The position numbers and the translations under genes were made by a program. A model generated the notes under the pieces. It made no database searches. It saw nothing but the letters and a program-made list of their open reading frames with translations, and was not told where the DNA came from. DNA of 64,000 nt, from assembly GCA_021298595.1 (NCBI GenBank), contig JAJTHL010000004.1, positions 10,070 through 74,069 of the forward strand, in the 5' to 3' direction. The stretch comes from Alphaproteobacteria bacterium. GTDB lineage: Bacteria > Pseudomonadota > Alphaproteobacteria > Caedimonadales > UBA1908. Shown here piece after piece: positions 50,060 to 61,054 of this stretch. Position 1 is the stretch's first letter. Each line of letters starts with the position of its first letter.

Positions 50060-50140
50060 GAACGATTCCTTATGTCTTTTGTCGTGTCGCCTGATACCTT
50101 GGGAGGGTCGCATGGGACGCTCCCTTTAAAAACTATTTTT

Positions 50141-50176
50141 AAAAAAAAGAGCCGCCAAAACAAGGGCGGCCCTTTT
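50141..50176 (-). terminator. Intrinsic terminator after rplT
   Basis: GGGCCGCC-CTTGTTTT-GGCGGCTC followed by a T run. Confidence 0.85.
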
Positions 50177-50198
50177 AATCTGTCTAAGACAGAGTGAC

Positions 50199-50561
50199 TT
50201 ATGCTACTTGGAGAGCCGCGCGTGCGCCGTCTACCAAGGCTTTGAATGCAGAAGGTTCTCTCACAGCGAGATCCGCCATGACCTTACGATCCACGTCAAT
50301 ACCGGCCTTATGGATGCCATTCATAAATTGTGAATAGGTCAACCCATGAAGGCGTGCGGCGGCGTTGATACGTTGGATCCAAAGAGCCCTCATATCACGC
50401 TTACGTGTGCGACGATCGCGGTAAGCATATTGTAATGCTTTTTCAACACGTTGAAGGGCTACTCTGAAGCAGTTCTTTGAACGGCCACGATATCCCTTTG
50501 CCATACCGATAACTTTACGCTGACGAGCGTGAGTTGTTACACCTCTTTTAACGCGTGCCAT
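50199..50561 (-). CDS. rplT: 50S ribosomal protein L20
   Basis: [15 protein letters not shown] and LWIQRINAA motifs. Confidence 0.98.
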   Translation of the reverse strand: MARVKRGVTTHARQRKVIGMAKGYRGRSKNCFRVALQRVEKALQYAYRDRRTRKRDMRALWIQRINAAARLHGLTYSQFMNGIHKAGIDVDRKVMADLAVREPSAFKALVDGARAALQVA

Positions 50562-50574
50562 GTGCTAACTCTCC

Positions 50575-50778
50575 TTACAGACCGTAGGGGGCAAAATGAC
50601 GACGAACGCGCTTAGCGTCAGACTCAGACATCACTGTGGTGCCGCGTTGATTACGAATTTGTTTGTTTGTGCGCTTGATCATCCCATGGCGCTTACCGGC
50701 TTGGCCCATGATGACCTTACCTGTTGCAGAGAGCTTAAAGCGCTTTTTCACGCTGCTCTTGGTCTTTAACTTTGACAT
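50575..50778 (-). CDS. rpmI: 50S ribosomal protein L35
   Basis: [15 protein letters not shown]...[10 protein letters not shown]; start ATG 50778. Confidence 0.97.
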   Translation of the reverse strand: MSKLKTKSSVKKRFKLSATGKVIMGQAGKRHGMIKRTNKQIRNQRGTTVMSESDAKRVRRHFAPYGL

Positions 50779-50904
50779 AATAAATTTCCTTAAACCTAAG
50801 TTGGTCTTCACTTTTCGGCGGTCAGGCAGACCATATAAGCCAGCCACCTCTTGGGTCTTGTATCAACTTATGGGCAAAATTTCAAGCCCAAACCCACCTT
50901 TTTC

Positions 50905-51465
50905 TTACGCCTTGGGTGCAAGCAGCATGAGAATCTGCTTTCCTTCCAGGCGCGGCGTTTGTTCAACCTTGGCGGTTTCTTGTACGTCCACACAAATACG
51001 ATCCAGCACTTTCATGCCAAGCTCTTGGTGGGTAATCTCGCGCCCTCTAAAGCGCATGGTGATTTTCACCCGGTCGCCTTCTTCGATAAAGCGGTGGATA
51101 CTTTTCAGCTTCACCTGATAGTCATGCTCACCAATACCAGGGCGCAACTTGACTTCTTTAATTTCGATGACTTTTTGGTTTTTCTTTGCCGCAGCCTTCT
51201 TCTTTTGGGCGTCATACTTGTACTTGCCGTAATCAAGAAGCTTGCACACAGGCGGCTCAGCACCCGGCGAGATCTCTACAAGATCAAGGCCCACCATGCG
51301 CGCACGCTCGATGCCTTCCCGGGGTGTGATGACGCCCACCATGTCGCCGTTTTCATCGATCAACCTAATCTTTGGGGATCTGATCTGTTCATTGACTCTT
51401 GGCCCCTCTTGGACAGGACCACGTCCTTGGGGTTGTTTTCCGACGTTTTCGTCTTGTTCTCTCAA
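50905..51465 (-). CDS. infC: Translation initiation factor IF-3
   Basis: [20 protein letters not shown] and FRGRE motifs; TTG start overlapping the thrS stop. Confidence 0.97.
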   Translation of the reverse strand: MREQDENVGKQPQGRGPVQEGPRVNEQIRSPKIRLIDENGDMVGVITPREGIERARMVGLDLVEISPGAEPPVCKLLDYGKYKYDAQKKKAAAKKNQKVIEIKEVKLRPGIGEHDYQVKLKSIHRFIEEGDRVKITMRFRGREITHQELGMKVLDRICVDVQETAKVEQTPRLEGKQILMLLAPKA

Positions 51466-53414
51466 ACCGTTTCTCCGTTCGTTTGTTCAGCTTTCCTTTG
51501 CTGAGCGGGATTTTGACTTTCTTGCACTAGTTTATCAAGGGTCTGTTGAAGCGCAAGCATTTCTTGAACCTCACTCCCCAATTGCCTTAGGGTCACTTGG
51601 CGTTCCTCGGCCTCTTTTTTACCCACGACCAGGATATAAGGAACCTTTTGATGACTCCACTCACGAATCTTATAGCTGATCTTTTCGTTACGTGTATCAC
51701 TTTTTACGCGAATCCCTTTGTTTTTTAAAAGCGCGCATACTTCTTCGGCGTAGGCATCCCAGTCGCTTGTGATGGGACACACGACCGCTTGAACAGGGGC
51801 GAGCCATAAGGGGAACTTGCCCGCATGGTGCTCGATCAGGATGCCGATAAAGCGCTCAAACGAGCCTAAGATCGCCCGGTGTACCATGACAGCCGTTCTT
51901 TTTTCACCAGTTTCCGCAATGTACTGGGCGCCCAGCCGCTCAGGCAGTACCATATCCACCTGAAGGGTCCCGCACTGCCAATCACGGCCAACGGCGTCTT
52001 TAATCACGAACTCAAGCTTAGGACCGTAAAACGCCCCCTCCCCTGGGTTTAAGGTGTACTCAAGGCCGGCTGCCTCTGTGGCCTCACGAAGGGCGCCTTC
52101 TGCTTTGTCCCATACGTCATCACTGCCTGCACGCACCTCAGGCCTGTCCGAAAATTTAACGCGAATATCTTCAAAGCCTAGATCTTTGTAAACGCTTCTT
52201 AGAAATCCTACAAAGGCAATGGTCTCGTCTTTGATCTGCTCCATAGTACAGAAAATATGGGCGTCATCCTGGGTAAAACCGCGCACCCGCATGATGCCGT
52301 GAAGGGACCCAGAAGGTTCGTTTCGGTGACACGCGCCAAACTCTGCCAGACGCAGGGGCAAATCACGGTAGCTTTTTAGGCCTTGCTTGAAAATCTGCAC
52401 GTGACAAGGGCAGTTCATGGGCTTGACCAAGAGATGCTTATCCTCAGCTTCTTCGGTACCGAACATGGCTTCACGGAATTTCTCCCAGTGCCCGGACGCC
52501 TCCCACAGAGCGCGGTCCACAAGCATGGGCGTGTTGACCTCCTGGTATCCTTCCAGGCGTTGACGCTCGCGCATGTACTGCTGAAGGGCGACGTAAATGG
52601 TCCAGCCGTTGGGGTGCCAAAACACACACCCTGGGGCTTCTTCTTGCAGATGAAACAGATCAAGGGCCTTGCCAAGACGCCTGTGATCCCTTTTCTCGGC
52701 TTCTTCCAGCATGGTCAAATACTGGGCCAGCTGCTTTTCATTGGACCAGGCGGTCCCGTAAACGCGCTGGAGCATGATATTGTTGGAATCCCCGCGCCAA
52801 TAGGCACCCGCAAGCTTCATCAGCTTAAAGGCTTTCCCAAGAGGCTTTGTGGAAGGCAAGTGCGGCCCACGGCACAAATCAATGAAAGGACCCTGACGAT
52901 AAAAACTAAGGGGTTCGTCCCCTGGGATGCTTTCGATAATTTCTACCTTGAGGTGTTCGCCGATGGATTTAAAATAGGCAATGGCTTTTTCACGGTCCCA
53001 AATTTCGCGCACGATGGGCTCGTCACGGTCTACGATTTCGGCCATTCTTTTTTCAAGTTTTACAAGATCTTCTGGTGTGAAGGACTCGTCGCGTTGCAGG
53101 TCATAATAAAACCCGTTCTCAATGGCAGGGCCAATGGAAATTTGTGTTTCAGGATAAAGTTCTTTGACGGCTTGGGCAAACACATGGGCGGCGTCGTGGC
53201 GCAGCAACTCAAGCCCTTCAGGGGTATCACGGGTGATGATTTGCACACGGGCATTCTCGGTAATGGGACGCGTTAAATCCCACTCCTCGTTATTTACCTT
53301 AATAAAAACAGCTTCTTTAGCCAAGCGAGGGCTAATGCTGCGCGCAAGCTCAAGACCTGTTACGGCGCCCTCAAATTCCCTTACTGACCCATCGGGCAGT
53401 GACAGTGCAATCAC
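51462..53414 (-). CDS. thrS: Threonine-tRNA ligase
   Basis: [30 protein letters not shown] and HRAILGS.ERF motifs. Confidence 0.98.
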   Translation of the reverse strand: MIALSLPDGSVREFEGAVTGLELARSISPRLAKEAVFIKVNNEEWDLTRPITENARVQIITRDTPEGLELLRHDAAHVFAQAVKELYPETQISIGPAIENGFYYDLQRDESFTPEDLVKLEKRMAEIVDRDEPIVREIWDREKAIAYFKSIGEHLKVEIIESIPGDEPLSFYRQGPFIDLCRGPHLPSTKPLGKAFKLMKLAGAYWRGDSNNIMLQRVYGTAWSNEKQLAQYLTMLEEAEKRDHRRLGKALDLFHLQEEAPGCVFWHPNGWTIYVALQQYMRERQRLEGYQEVNTPMLVDRALWEASGHWEKFREAMFGTEEAEDKHLLVKPMNCPCHVQIFKQGLKSYRDLPLRLAEFGACHRNEPSGSLHGIMRVRGFTQDDAHIFCTMEQIKDETIAFVGFLRSVYKDLGFEDIRVKFSDRPEVRAGSDDVWDKAEGALREATEAAGLEYTLNPGEGAFYGPKLEFVIKDAVGRDWQCGTLQVDMVLPERLGAQYIAETGEKRTAVMVHRAILGSFERFIGILIEHHAGKFPLWLAPVQAVVCPITSDWDAYAEEVCALLKNKGIRVKSDTRNEKISYKIREWSHQKVPYILVVGKKEAEERQVTLRQLGSEVQEMLALQQTLDKLVQESQNPAQQRKAEQTNGETV

Positions 53415-53449
53415 CTTTTCCTCACTTCTTACAAGACCATCATTCTTTT

Positions 53450-54487
53450 CTACCGAGTTGAAGATGCCAAAGAGTCCCCCTTGGAATCAAGCTCATTCTG
53501 AGGCACGAGGCTTAAAAATGCCTGTTTTACCGCTTCTAGGGAAAGATTTGCCATGTCTGAGGCGGCCACAACCCGCACGTGATCCCCAAGAGGCGCGTAA
53601 ATATCTGGGTCAGAAGCGGCCCTCGACCAAGGGACAATGGTCTTTGCCCCGACCCCACTTGCAATATGGGTAGGCCCTGTGTCGTTACCAATAACAGCGA
53701 CCGCCCCCCGTGCCAGGGTCGCAATCTGAAAAAGGCTGACTTTTTGGCTAAGATCCACAAGGCCGTCAACATGAACCCGTAAATAGGATGCGGGTGTTTC
53801 ATCCTCTGGCCCTGCAATAAGAATACTTGTGATCCCTTGCGAGGCAAGCCACCCGGCCATTTCAGCGTAGCTTTCATGGGGCCATCTTTTATAGGATCCT
53901 GAAAGAGAGCTCCCTGGCATCAAAAGCACGTACCTTTTTGGCAAAGAAAGCGCGCTCACATCTTCTGCCATCCACTTTAGGTCAGGCAGCAACGGCGCAG
54001 CGCCCAAATCAAGTCCCGCAACGGTTAACTGATCTAAATAACGATAAGCCGCATGCATCCTTGTGCGATCCGGACGCGTTTGAGTGTGGGAGGCACCTTT
54101 TGCTACACCTGACCACAAGGGGCGGCCAAAAAAAGATAAAAGTCTAAAGTACCTAGACGTCCTGCCAGAGTTTTGAAGGTCATAGACGAAATCAAAGTGG
54201 GCGCGGCCTATACGCGCGATCACTTGCCACGTTTTCAAAGGATTTTTAGCGCGCGCGTCATGCCAAATGTCATCAAAAAAGCCCATTTTAGTGGCAAGGG
54301 TTGCGTAGCTTGGCGCTGTTAAAAGAGTCACATGCGCGTGTGGGTGGGCCTCTCGAATGGCGGCAAAGGCGCCCGTTGCATTGATGAGGTCCCCTAGTGC
54401 CCCATGGCGAATCACCAAAATTTTTTTCCTAGTTCTAGACGGCAACGTGTTCAATCCTCCTACAGCTATATCCTGGTTGTAGCCCAT
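53450..54487 (-). CDS. Glycosyltransferase family 9 (LPS heptosyltransferase-like); start uncertain
   Basis: GALGD, DLQ, KRWP and [10 protein letters not shown] motifs. Confidence 0.9.
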   Translation of the reverse strand: MGYNQDIAVGGLNTLPSRTRKKILVIRHGALGDLINATGAFAAIREAHPHAHVTLLTAPSYATLATKMGFFDDIWHDARAKNPLKTWQVIARIGRAHFDFVYDLQNSGRTSRYFRLLSFFGRPLWSGVAKGASHTQTRPDRTRMHAAYRYLDQLTVAGLDLGAAPLLPDLKWMAEDVSALSLPKRYVLLMPGSSLSGSYKRWPHESYAEMAGWLASQGITSILIAGPEDETPASYLRVHVDGLVDLSQKVSLFQIATLARGAVAVIGNDTGPTHIASGVGAKTIVPWSRAASDPDIYAPLGDHVRVVAASDMANLSLEAVKQAFLSLVPQNELDSKGDSLASSTR

Positions 54488-54501
54488 TTAAAACCAAAAG
54501 C

Positions 54502-55656
54502 TCAAGAAGACTTTGGGAATCTGGCTAAAACCTCTTCATAGAGCGCCAAGGTACTTTGACACATGCGCTCTAGGGAAAACAGGTCAACTACGCGTCGGCG
54601 CGCCTGCCTGGCCAGGGTCTGCCGCGCCTCAGGCGGTAGTACTTCAAGAAGGTGTATCTTTTCTATAAGATCGCCCCCGTCTCCGGCACGCCATGTCCAA
54701 CCTGTTTTGCCATTTGCGATGATTTCCTGGGGTGCGCCCAAATCTGACACAAGGCAAGGCTTTCCCATGGCTTGCGCTTCGGCCACTACGCGCCCAAAGG
54801 CTTCGGGATCCGTCGCAGCATGGATCACGCCAAAAGCTGCGCCATACAAAAGAGGCATATCCTGGCGGTGTCCTAAAAATCGTACAAAGGGGGCCATTCC
54901 TAGCGTATAAGCCAGGTTTTTCAGCTCGCTGGCATACGCTTCTTTGGATTCGTCTCCCACAATGACAAGAATGTCCTTTTCTGAAACTATCCCCGCAAAA
55001 GCACGCAGGACCGCCTCGTGTCCCTTCCATCGTGTCACGCGCCCCGGCACAAGCCACACCCTGGCATCAAGCGCAATCTTTTCTTTTTGCAAAAAGGCAT
55101 GAATCTCTGGCGTATTGATGCGCGCCGGGTCAAAAAAGTCTGTGTTAATACCCCGGTGAATGACCCTAATGTGATCCTCTCGCACCCACCGACTGTAATG
55201 GGCGAGAATATGCTCTTTGATAAAATGAGAGATTGCAATGACTTGGACTCCCCGCACCATGACCGAATTATAGAGCTTTTTGATCTCTCTTGAAAAATTA
55301 TAAGTCCCGTGAAAGGTCGTCACAAAAGGGATATGGGCTTTTTGGGCCGCCAAATAAGCGCTCCAAGCGGGAGCTCTTGAGCGAGCATGAACCAGGGAGA
55401 TTTTTTGTTCTCCGATCAAGTCCCTAAGCGCACGCGCATTCGACCCCGCAATCATAAAGGGATTTTTTGTGGTTAGTGGCAGGGTGTAATGGTGCGCGCC
55501 AAGAGAGGTCACCTCTTGATCCCGAAAACCACCTGCACTCGCAACCCAGCTTTCCCACTGGTGTTTGACCAAATATCCTGACAAATCAATGGTTCCCTGC
55601 TCAACCCCGCCGGCATTCAGAGCGGGTAAAACTTGCAGAACTGATCTCTTAAACAC
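54502..55656 (-). CDS. Glycosyltransferase family 4
   Basis: LQVLPAL..GGVE, HARSRAPAW and PEAFGRV..EAQAMG motifs; likely GTG start 55656. Confidence 0.92.
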   Translation of the reverse strand: MFKRSVLQVLPALNAGGVEQGTIDLSGYLVKHQWESWVASAGGFRDQEVTSLGAHHYTLPLTTKNPFMIAGSNARALRDLIGEQKISLVHARSRAPAWSAYLAAQKAHIPFVTTFHGTYNFSREIKKLYNSVMVRGVQVIAISHFIKEHILAHYSRWVREDHIRVIHRGINTDFFDPARINTPEIHAFLQKEKIALDARVWLVPGRVTRWKGHEAVLRAFAGIVSEKDILVIVGDESKEAYASELKNLAYTLGMAPFVRFLGHRQDMPLLYGAAFGVIHAATDPEAFGRVVAEAQAMGKPCLVSDLGAPQEIIANGKTGWTWRAGDGGDLIEKIHLLEVLPPEARQTLARQARRRVVDLFSLERMCQSTLALYEEVLARFPKSS

Positions 55657-55827
55657 CTTGTAATCCTTACGTTTAGCGAAAAGGTCGCTTGTCAAAAAAA
55701 AATACTTCCTTACTATCTTGTCTATCATTAAGCTGCTATTTTGTAAAAAATTAACGCAATTGGTGTTAGACTGATTGTATGAGGCACAGTGGGTCGCACT
55801 GCCACCCAAGAAAAAACGAGGACGCCT

Positions 55828-57099
55828 ATGTCAAGAGTAACAGACCTGGTTAAACGTTCCCCCATTTTTACCATTGCCCTGTTGGTGGTCATCATCGGGG
55901 GTGGTTTCGGCCTATATACTTATTTCAAAGAGGTAGCTGGGGGGCCAAAAACATCGCCAAGTGTTGCCGTTGAGGTAGAAGAAGCCCGCGTGGGATCCTT
56001 GACCCGTACCATTACGGCTGTAGGTACCCTTCGCGCCAACCAAACCGTCGAAATACGCTCGGAGCTTTCAGGTCTCATTTCGAAAATTTTTGTACGCGGC
56101 GGCGAGTACGTACAAGCAGGCGCCCCCCTCTTTGAGATTGACGAGCGCACCTATAAGGCCGAACTCCAGGACGCTGAAGCACGCCTTGCCCACGCAAAAG
56201 TTGACTTTGACCGCTCTAAAAAGCTTTTGTCCCAAAATGTGACCTCTGGCAAAAAGTACGATGAGGCCGAGGCAACCTTTAAAATCGCCGAAGCCGCTGT
56301 GGAAAAAGCACAGGCGAACCTTGCCAGGACAAAGATTATTGCCCCCTTTGAAGGACTTGTGGGTCTGCACAGCGTCAGCCTTGGCATGCACCTTGACAGC
56401 AATAAAGATCTTGTCACCTTGGTGGATCTTAGCCTCATGAAGGCTGATTTTAAAATTCCTGCCGAATACCTGCCTTATGTCAGCGTTGGTCAAAAGATAG
56501 AAGTCACCGTTGACGGGTTTGAAACAACCCCCTTCCCTGGCATCATCGAAGTCATTGACTCCAAGGTGGATCCCGTGACCCACAGCATCAGCGCGCGCGC
56601 CATTATGCCTAATCAAAAGCATATTCTGCGCCCAGGACTTTTTGCGCGTGTGGACGTTGTGGTTGGCACCAAGTCTAATGCCCTCATTGTTCCGGCGGTG
56701 GCTGTGGAAAAAGAAGGAGACCAAGACATGGTTTATAAAGTTGTCGAAGGGATCGCCTTCCACGTTCCGGTCATTCTTGGCATTCAAGAAGGGGATAACG
56801 TCGAAATTGTACGCGGCCTGAACCCTGGAGATCACATCATCACCGTGGGTCAAATGAAGATCCGCGACGGTGTTCCCGTACGCTATACCCTGAACGGCAA
56901 ACAGTACACCTTTGATGAAAAATCCATGGAGCGCCTACAAAAGCTTCTGGGAAAAGGTGAGGACACTGCTGGCAAAGAGGCTGTACCAACACCTACGGCG
57001 CCCACAAAACCAGCAGCCCCAGCCGCTAAGGCAAAGCCCGCCGGAGCAGGAGCTCCAGCGGCGCCAGCACCCGCTGCCCCCCAAGCCGCAAAACCCTAA
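55828..57099 (+). CDS. RND efflux periplasmic adaptor (MFP) with Pro/Ala-rich C-terminal tail
   Basis: N-terminal TM, lipoyl-like halves, APFEG and LRPGLF motifs; GAGG RBS before ATG 55828. Confidence 0.93.
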   Translation: MSRVTDLVKRSPIFTIALLVVIIGGGFGLYTYFKEVAGGPKTSPSVAVEVEEARVGSLTRTITAVGTLRANQTVEIRSELSGLISKIFVRGGEYVQAGAPLFEIDERTYKAELQDAEARLAHAKVDFDRSKKLLSQNVTSGKKYDEAEATFKIAEAAVEKAQANLARTKIIAPFEGLVGLHSVSLGMHLDSNKDLVTLVDLSLMKADFKIPAEYLPYVSVGQKIEVTVDGFETTPFPGIIEVIDSKVDPVTHSISARAIMPNQKHILRPGLFARVDVVVGTKSNALIVPAVAVEKEGDQDMVYKVVEGIAFHVPVILGIQEGDNVEIVRGLNPGDHIITVGQMKIRDGVPVRYTLNGKQYTFDEKSMERLQKLLGKGEDTAGKEAVPTPTAPTKPAAPAAKAKPAGAGAPAAPAPAAPQAAKP

Positions 57100-57141
57100 C
57101 CATGACACCGCAAGCATAAGCGCCACTCGGGAGAGAAGTCT

Positions 57142-60100
57142 ATGAAGTTTACAGACGTATGTATCCGCCGCCCCGTTCTTTCGACCGTGATGTCATTGGT
57201 CATTATTCTCTTGGGAATTGTGTCATGGTCACGCCTACAGGTCCGCCAATACCCCAACGTTGATCAACCAAAGATCAGCGTGTTCACGCAGCTCGAGGGC
57301 GCGGGTCCCGAAATCGTTGAAACCCAAATCACCAAAGTCCTTGAAAACGTCTTCTCGGGTATCGAAGGTCTTGAAACCATGACCTCGCGCTCCGAAATCG
57401 GGGAAAGCCGCATTACCCTGACCTTCAGCATTAACCGTGACATTGAAGCCGCCGCCAACGACGTGCGTGATAAAATCGGACGCGTCCTTGATAAGCTTCC
57501 CAAAGACGTCGTGGCCCCCCGCATTAAAAAAGCCGACGCTGACGCGTTCCCCTTCATGCATCTGGCCCTTTACAGCGACCGCCATGACGTGCGTGACCTT
57601 GCTGACTATGCGTACCGCTACCTAGAAAGCCGTCTTGAAGCTGTTCCTGGTGTGTCCAGCGTTGAAATCTTTGGTGGCGGCGAGTACGAGATGAAGCTCA
57701 TTCTCGATCCCGTTAAACTCACAGGATATAACCTCACGTCCGAAGATGTGGTCAAAGCAATCCGGGACCAAAACGTTGAAAAACCTGCCGGTAACATCAT
57801 CACCCAAGACCGTGAAATTGTGGTCACGACCAAGGCACGCCTCATGACTGAGGCTGACTTTGACCGTCTTGTCATTGGCGAAAAAGAGGGCTATCTCATT
57901 CGTCTTAGCGACGTTGGGCGCGCGGATCTTAACGCCATTGATCGCCGTAACCGCGTACTGTTTAACGGTAAAAACGCCGTCGCCATTGGTGTCACAAAGC
58001 AGTCCGTTGCCAACGCCCTGACCATTGCCCGCGACATCAAAAAAATCATGCCTGATATCAAGCTCCCCACCGGCATGCATTTGGAGATCGCTCGTGACAG
58101 AACCCTCTTTGTGGAACGCTCCATTGACGAAGTGTATGAAACCATTGCGATTGCCACGATCCTTGTGATTTTGGTGATCTTTGCCTTCCTTAGATCCATG
58201 CGCGCGGTCCTCATTCCTCTTGTGACGATCCCGCTTTCGCTTATCGGGGCTTTTGCGCTCATGTATGCGTGCGGGTTTACCATCAACATCCTCACGCTTC
58301 TAGCATTGGTGCTCGCCATTGGGCTTGTGGTGGACGACGCCATTGTGATGCTTGAGAACGTTCACCGGTATATTGAAATGGGGGATAAACCTCTTACGGC
58401 CGCCTTTAAGGGCGCCAAAGAAATCAGCTTCGCTGTCATCGCCATGACCATTACTTTGGCGGCCGTCTACGCGCCGATCGCCCTTTCTCCTGGCATGACA
58501 GGTAAGCTCTTTACCGAGTTCGCCATTACCCTGGCGGGCGCCGTAATTTTATCGGGCTTTATTGCCCTAACCCTCACCCCCATGATGTGTGGACGTATTC
58601 TTAAAACCCATGAAGAAGAAGAGGCTGCTACGGGCTTTTGGGCAAAGCTTGGTCACAAGGTAGGGCGCTTTCTATCAGCCATGGATCAGGGATACGCGAA
58701 CCTCCTGCGCCGCGTTCTTGGGCGCCGCTGGATTGTGCTCCTCATGGGAGGCGCCCTTGCGGTCGGTGGTTATTACGTCGGTGTTCATTTGCCCACAGAG
58801 CTCGTACCCCGCGAAGACCAAGGCTTTATCAGTGCGCGCGCGATTCCGCCCTTTGGTGCGAACCTTGATTATACAGACCGTTATATGGCCAAGGTTGACG
58901 CGATTTTAGCAACGGTCCCCGAAGTCGCCTCACGCCTGACCATGATCAGTGCGCCGGGAGAATCCAACTCAGCTGGCAACCTTGTGAGCTGGGAAAAGCG
59001 TAAACGGGGCAGTAAGGACATTGTTGATAGCTTACGTGAACCTTTAGCCGATATCACAGGTCTGACCGTCTATCCCAGCATGGGCGGTAAAACCATTGTG
59101 GATAGCGGCGACTCTGACACGCCCATCGAGGTTGTGGTCATGAGTAACAAGACCCATAAAGAGCTGACAGAGTCCGCCAAAAAAGTTGAAAAGCTTTTGC
59201 AGCGCCTGCCTGGTGTCAGCAACGTGCTTTCTGATGTTGGCAACCTTGGTCAGGAATACATTGTGACCGTGGACCGTGATAAGGCGGCCGCCCTTGGAGT
59301 TGAGGTCTCCGCCATTGCCGAGACCTTGGACACCCTGATCAGTGGACGCCCTTCAAGTAAATTCATCAAGGATAACAAGCAATACGGTGTGCGCGTAGAA
59401 ATCAACGAAAAATATCGCAAATCACCCGAAGATGTGACGGGTCTCTTTATCAAAGCCGCAAGCAAAGACAACAGGCGTGATGTCCTCATTCCATTGTCGG
59501 AGATCGTCACCATTGAAAAGCGGACGGCCCCTACGGAAATCGGGCACTTTATGGGCTTCCGGTCTGTGAACATTACGGCCAAACTTGATTCTGGTTATAG
59601 CCTTGGCAATACCCTTGATGAGATCAAGCGCCAAGCTTATGACGTTTTGCCTGAGGGAACCCTTATTCAGTTCTCGGGTGAAAGTCGTCGATTCCTTCAA
59701 GAAAGCAGCAACGTTTACCTGATCTTTGGCCTTGCGCTTGCCTTCATCTTCTTGGTGCTGGCCGCCCAGTACGAAAGCTGGCGCGATCCCTGGATCATTA
59801 TGCTCAGCGTGCCTCTTTCTTTGGCGGGCGGCGTGTTCCTTTTGAAGATGTTTGATCAGTCCATGAATCTTTACAGCCAGATTGGTCTTGTGACCCTTAT
59901 TGGTCTCATTACCAAGCACGGTATTTTGATTGTGGACTTTGCGAACAAAAGAAAAGAAGAAGGGCTTGAGCGTCTAGACGCTGTCATTGACGCCGCGCAG
60001 CTGCGCCTTCGTCCCATTTTGATGACCACCTTTGCCATGGTGCTTGGCGCCATTCCACTTGCCTTTGCTGAAGGGGCCGGAGCTGAGAGCCGCCAGCCCA

Positions 60101-60228
60101 TTGGGCTTGTGATCGTGGGAGGGATGACCCTTGGTACCCTGTTTACCCTCTTCGTCGTCCCGGCGGTTTATACCTTCCTCAGCCGAAAGGAGCACAAACC
60201 CCTCGTCGACGTTCCCCATGGCCTCTAA
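57142..60228 (+). CDS. RND efflux permease (AcrB/AcrD/AcrF family)
   Basis: GLVVDDAIV..EN, GLITKHGILIV and RLRPILMTT motifs; 1028 aa. Confidence 0.96.
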   Translation: MKFTDVCIRRPVLSTVMSLVIILLGIVSWSRLQVRQYPNVDQPKISVFTQLEGAGPEIVETQITKVLENVFSGIEGLETMTSRSEIGESRITLTFSINRDIEAAANDVRDKIGRVLDKLPKDVVAPRIKKADADAFPFMHLALYSDRHDVRDLADYAYRYLESRLEAVPGVSSVEIFGGGEYEMKLILDPVKLTGYNLTSEDVVKAIRDQNVEKPAGNIITQDREIVVTTKARLMTEADFDRLVIGEKEGYLIRLSDVGRADLNAIDRRNRVLFNGKNAVAIGVTKQSVANALTIARDIKKIMPDIKLPTGMHLEIARDRTLFVERSIDEVYETIAIATILVILVIFAFLRSMRAVLIPLVTIPLSLIGAFALMYACGFTINILTLLALVLAIGLVVDDAIVMLENVHRYIEMGDKPLTAAFKGAKEISFAVIAMTITLAAVYAPIALSPGMTGKLFTEFAITLAGAVILSGFIALTLTPMMCGRILKTHEEEEAATGFWAKLGHKVGRFLSAMDQGYANLLRRVLGRRWIVLLMGGALAVGGYYVGVHLPTELVPREDQGFISARAIPPFGANLDYTDRYMAKVDAILATVPEVASRLTMISAPGESNSAGNLVSWEKRKRGSKDIVDSLREPLADITGLTVYPSMGGKTIVDSGDSDTPIEVVVMSNKTHKELTESAKKVEKLLQRLPGVSNVLSDVGNLGQEYIVTVDRDKAAALGVEVSAIAETLDTLISGRPSSKFIKDNKQYGVRVEINEKYRKSPEDVTGLFIKAASKDNRRDVLIPLSEIVTIEKRTAPTEIGHFMGFRSVNITAKLDSGYSLGNTLDEIKRQAYDVLPEGTLIQFSGESRRFLQESSNVYLIFGLALAFIFLVLAAQYESWRDPWIIMLSVPLSLAGGVFLLKMFDQSMNLYSQIGLVTLIGLITKHGILIVDFANKRKEEGLERLDAVIDAAQLRLRPILMTTFAMVLGAIPLAFAEGAGAESRQPIGLVIVGGMTLGTLFTLFVVPAVYTFLSRKEHKPLVDVPHGL

Positions 60229-61054
60229 ACCCGCCGGCGCGCCTCTGTTTGATGAGGCGCGCCTTCGAAGACACCGGGCACTTAGCTCATCCATCAAAAA
60301 CCCCACAGGCCTGATTCTTCAGCGTTACATTGAGGAAGATCTTGCCATAAAGGTCAAAAATCTTAGGCTGTGTCCAGATCTTTGCCGTCTTCTCATTTGG
60401 GGTTCTCGCCTCGATCAGTTACCTCAAACCTTAGGAATGCTTTTTCCCAAAGCAACCATTGTCCTTGGCGATGTTGCGCCCTCTCTTTTGGAAAATCGCT
60501 CATTCGAAGGATATCCCTTTCCCCATGAAAAAGAGATCTCCTTTGAAGAAAACTCTTTGGACTTGGCCCTGTCGTGTCTCTCTTTACAAACGCTCAACGA
60601 CCCGCTCTCGGTTTTAGAAAATTATTATCGCTTGTTATCACCGGGAGGGGTTTTCATCGCGTCTTTTCTTGGCGGACAAACTTTGCAGCACCTCCATCAG
60701 GGGCTTCTCTCTCTTGAGTTGTCTTTAGACACCGGCGCCCACCAACGTGTGATTCCCATGATTGACCTGAGCACCGCTTTAAGTCTTTTACAACAAGCAG
60801 GCTTTACAGGATGCATCGCAGATCGTGACGCTCTTTCTTTTTCTTTTAAGAGCCTTGATGACTTTCGTCATTTTCTAAAAACCCTTGGCCTTCAGGCGCC
60901 ATTGCAAGAGATGCCACCCACTTCCAAAAGACTATACCGTCATTTAAAGGCACTAACTGACCTAACGACCCATGTAATTTTTGATGTTATTTCTGTGATC
61001 GGGTGGAAGAAAAATGCGCGCTATCCCGCCCTTGATGTTTCACCCCTTAGCTAA
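60218..61054 (+). CDS. SAM-dependent methyltransferase-like protein (BioC/NDUFAF5-like), degenerate motif I
   Basis: ENSLDL..S.LSL...ND, LSPGGVF....GG.TL..L, RV.PM and LLQQAGF motifs. Confidence 0.7.
   Translation: MASKPAGAPLFDEARLRRHRALSSSIKNPTGLILQRYIEEDLAIKVKNLRLCPDLCRLLIWGSRLDQLPQTLGMLFPKATIVLGDVAPSLLENRSFEGYPFPHEKEISFEENSLDLALSCLSLQTLNDPLSVLENYYRLLSPGGVFIASFLGGQTLQHLHQGLLSLELSLDTGAHQRVIPMIDLSTALSLLQQAGFTGCIADRDALSFSFKSLDDFRHFLKTLGLQAPLQEMPPTSKRLYRHLKALTDLTTHVIFDVISVIGWKKNARYPALDVSPLS

Noticed and set aside
50060..50140. pheM-like attenuator before pheS
   Set aside because: No Phe-rich leader ORF; only the rplT terminator and a weak hairpin.
52383..53276. 297-aa plus-strand ORF
   Set aside because: Antisense shadow of thrS arising from codon bias.
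56068..56853. 261-aa minus-strand ORF
   Set aside because: Antisense shadow of the RND adaptor gene.
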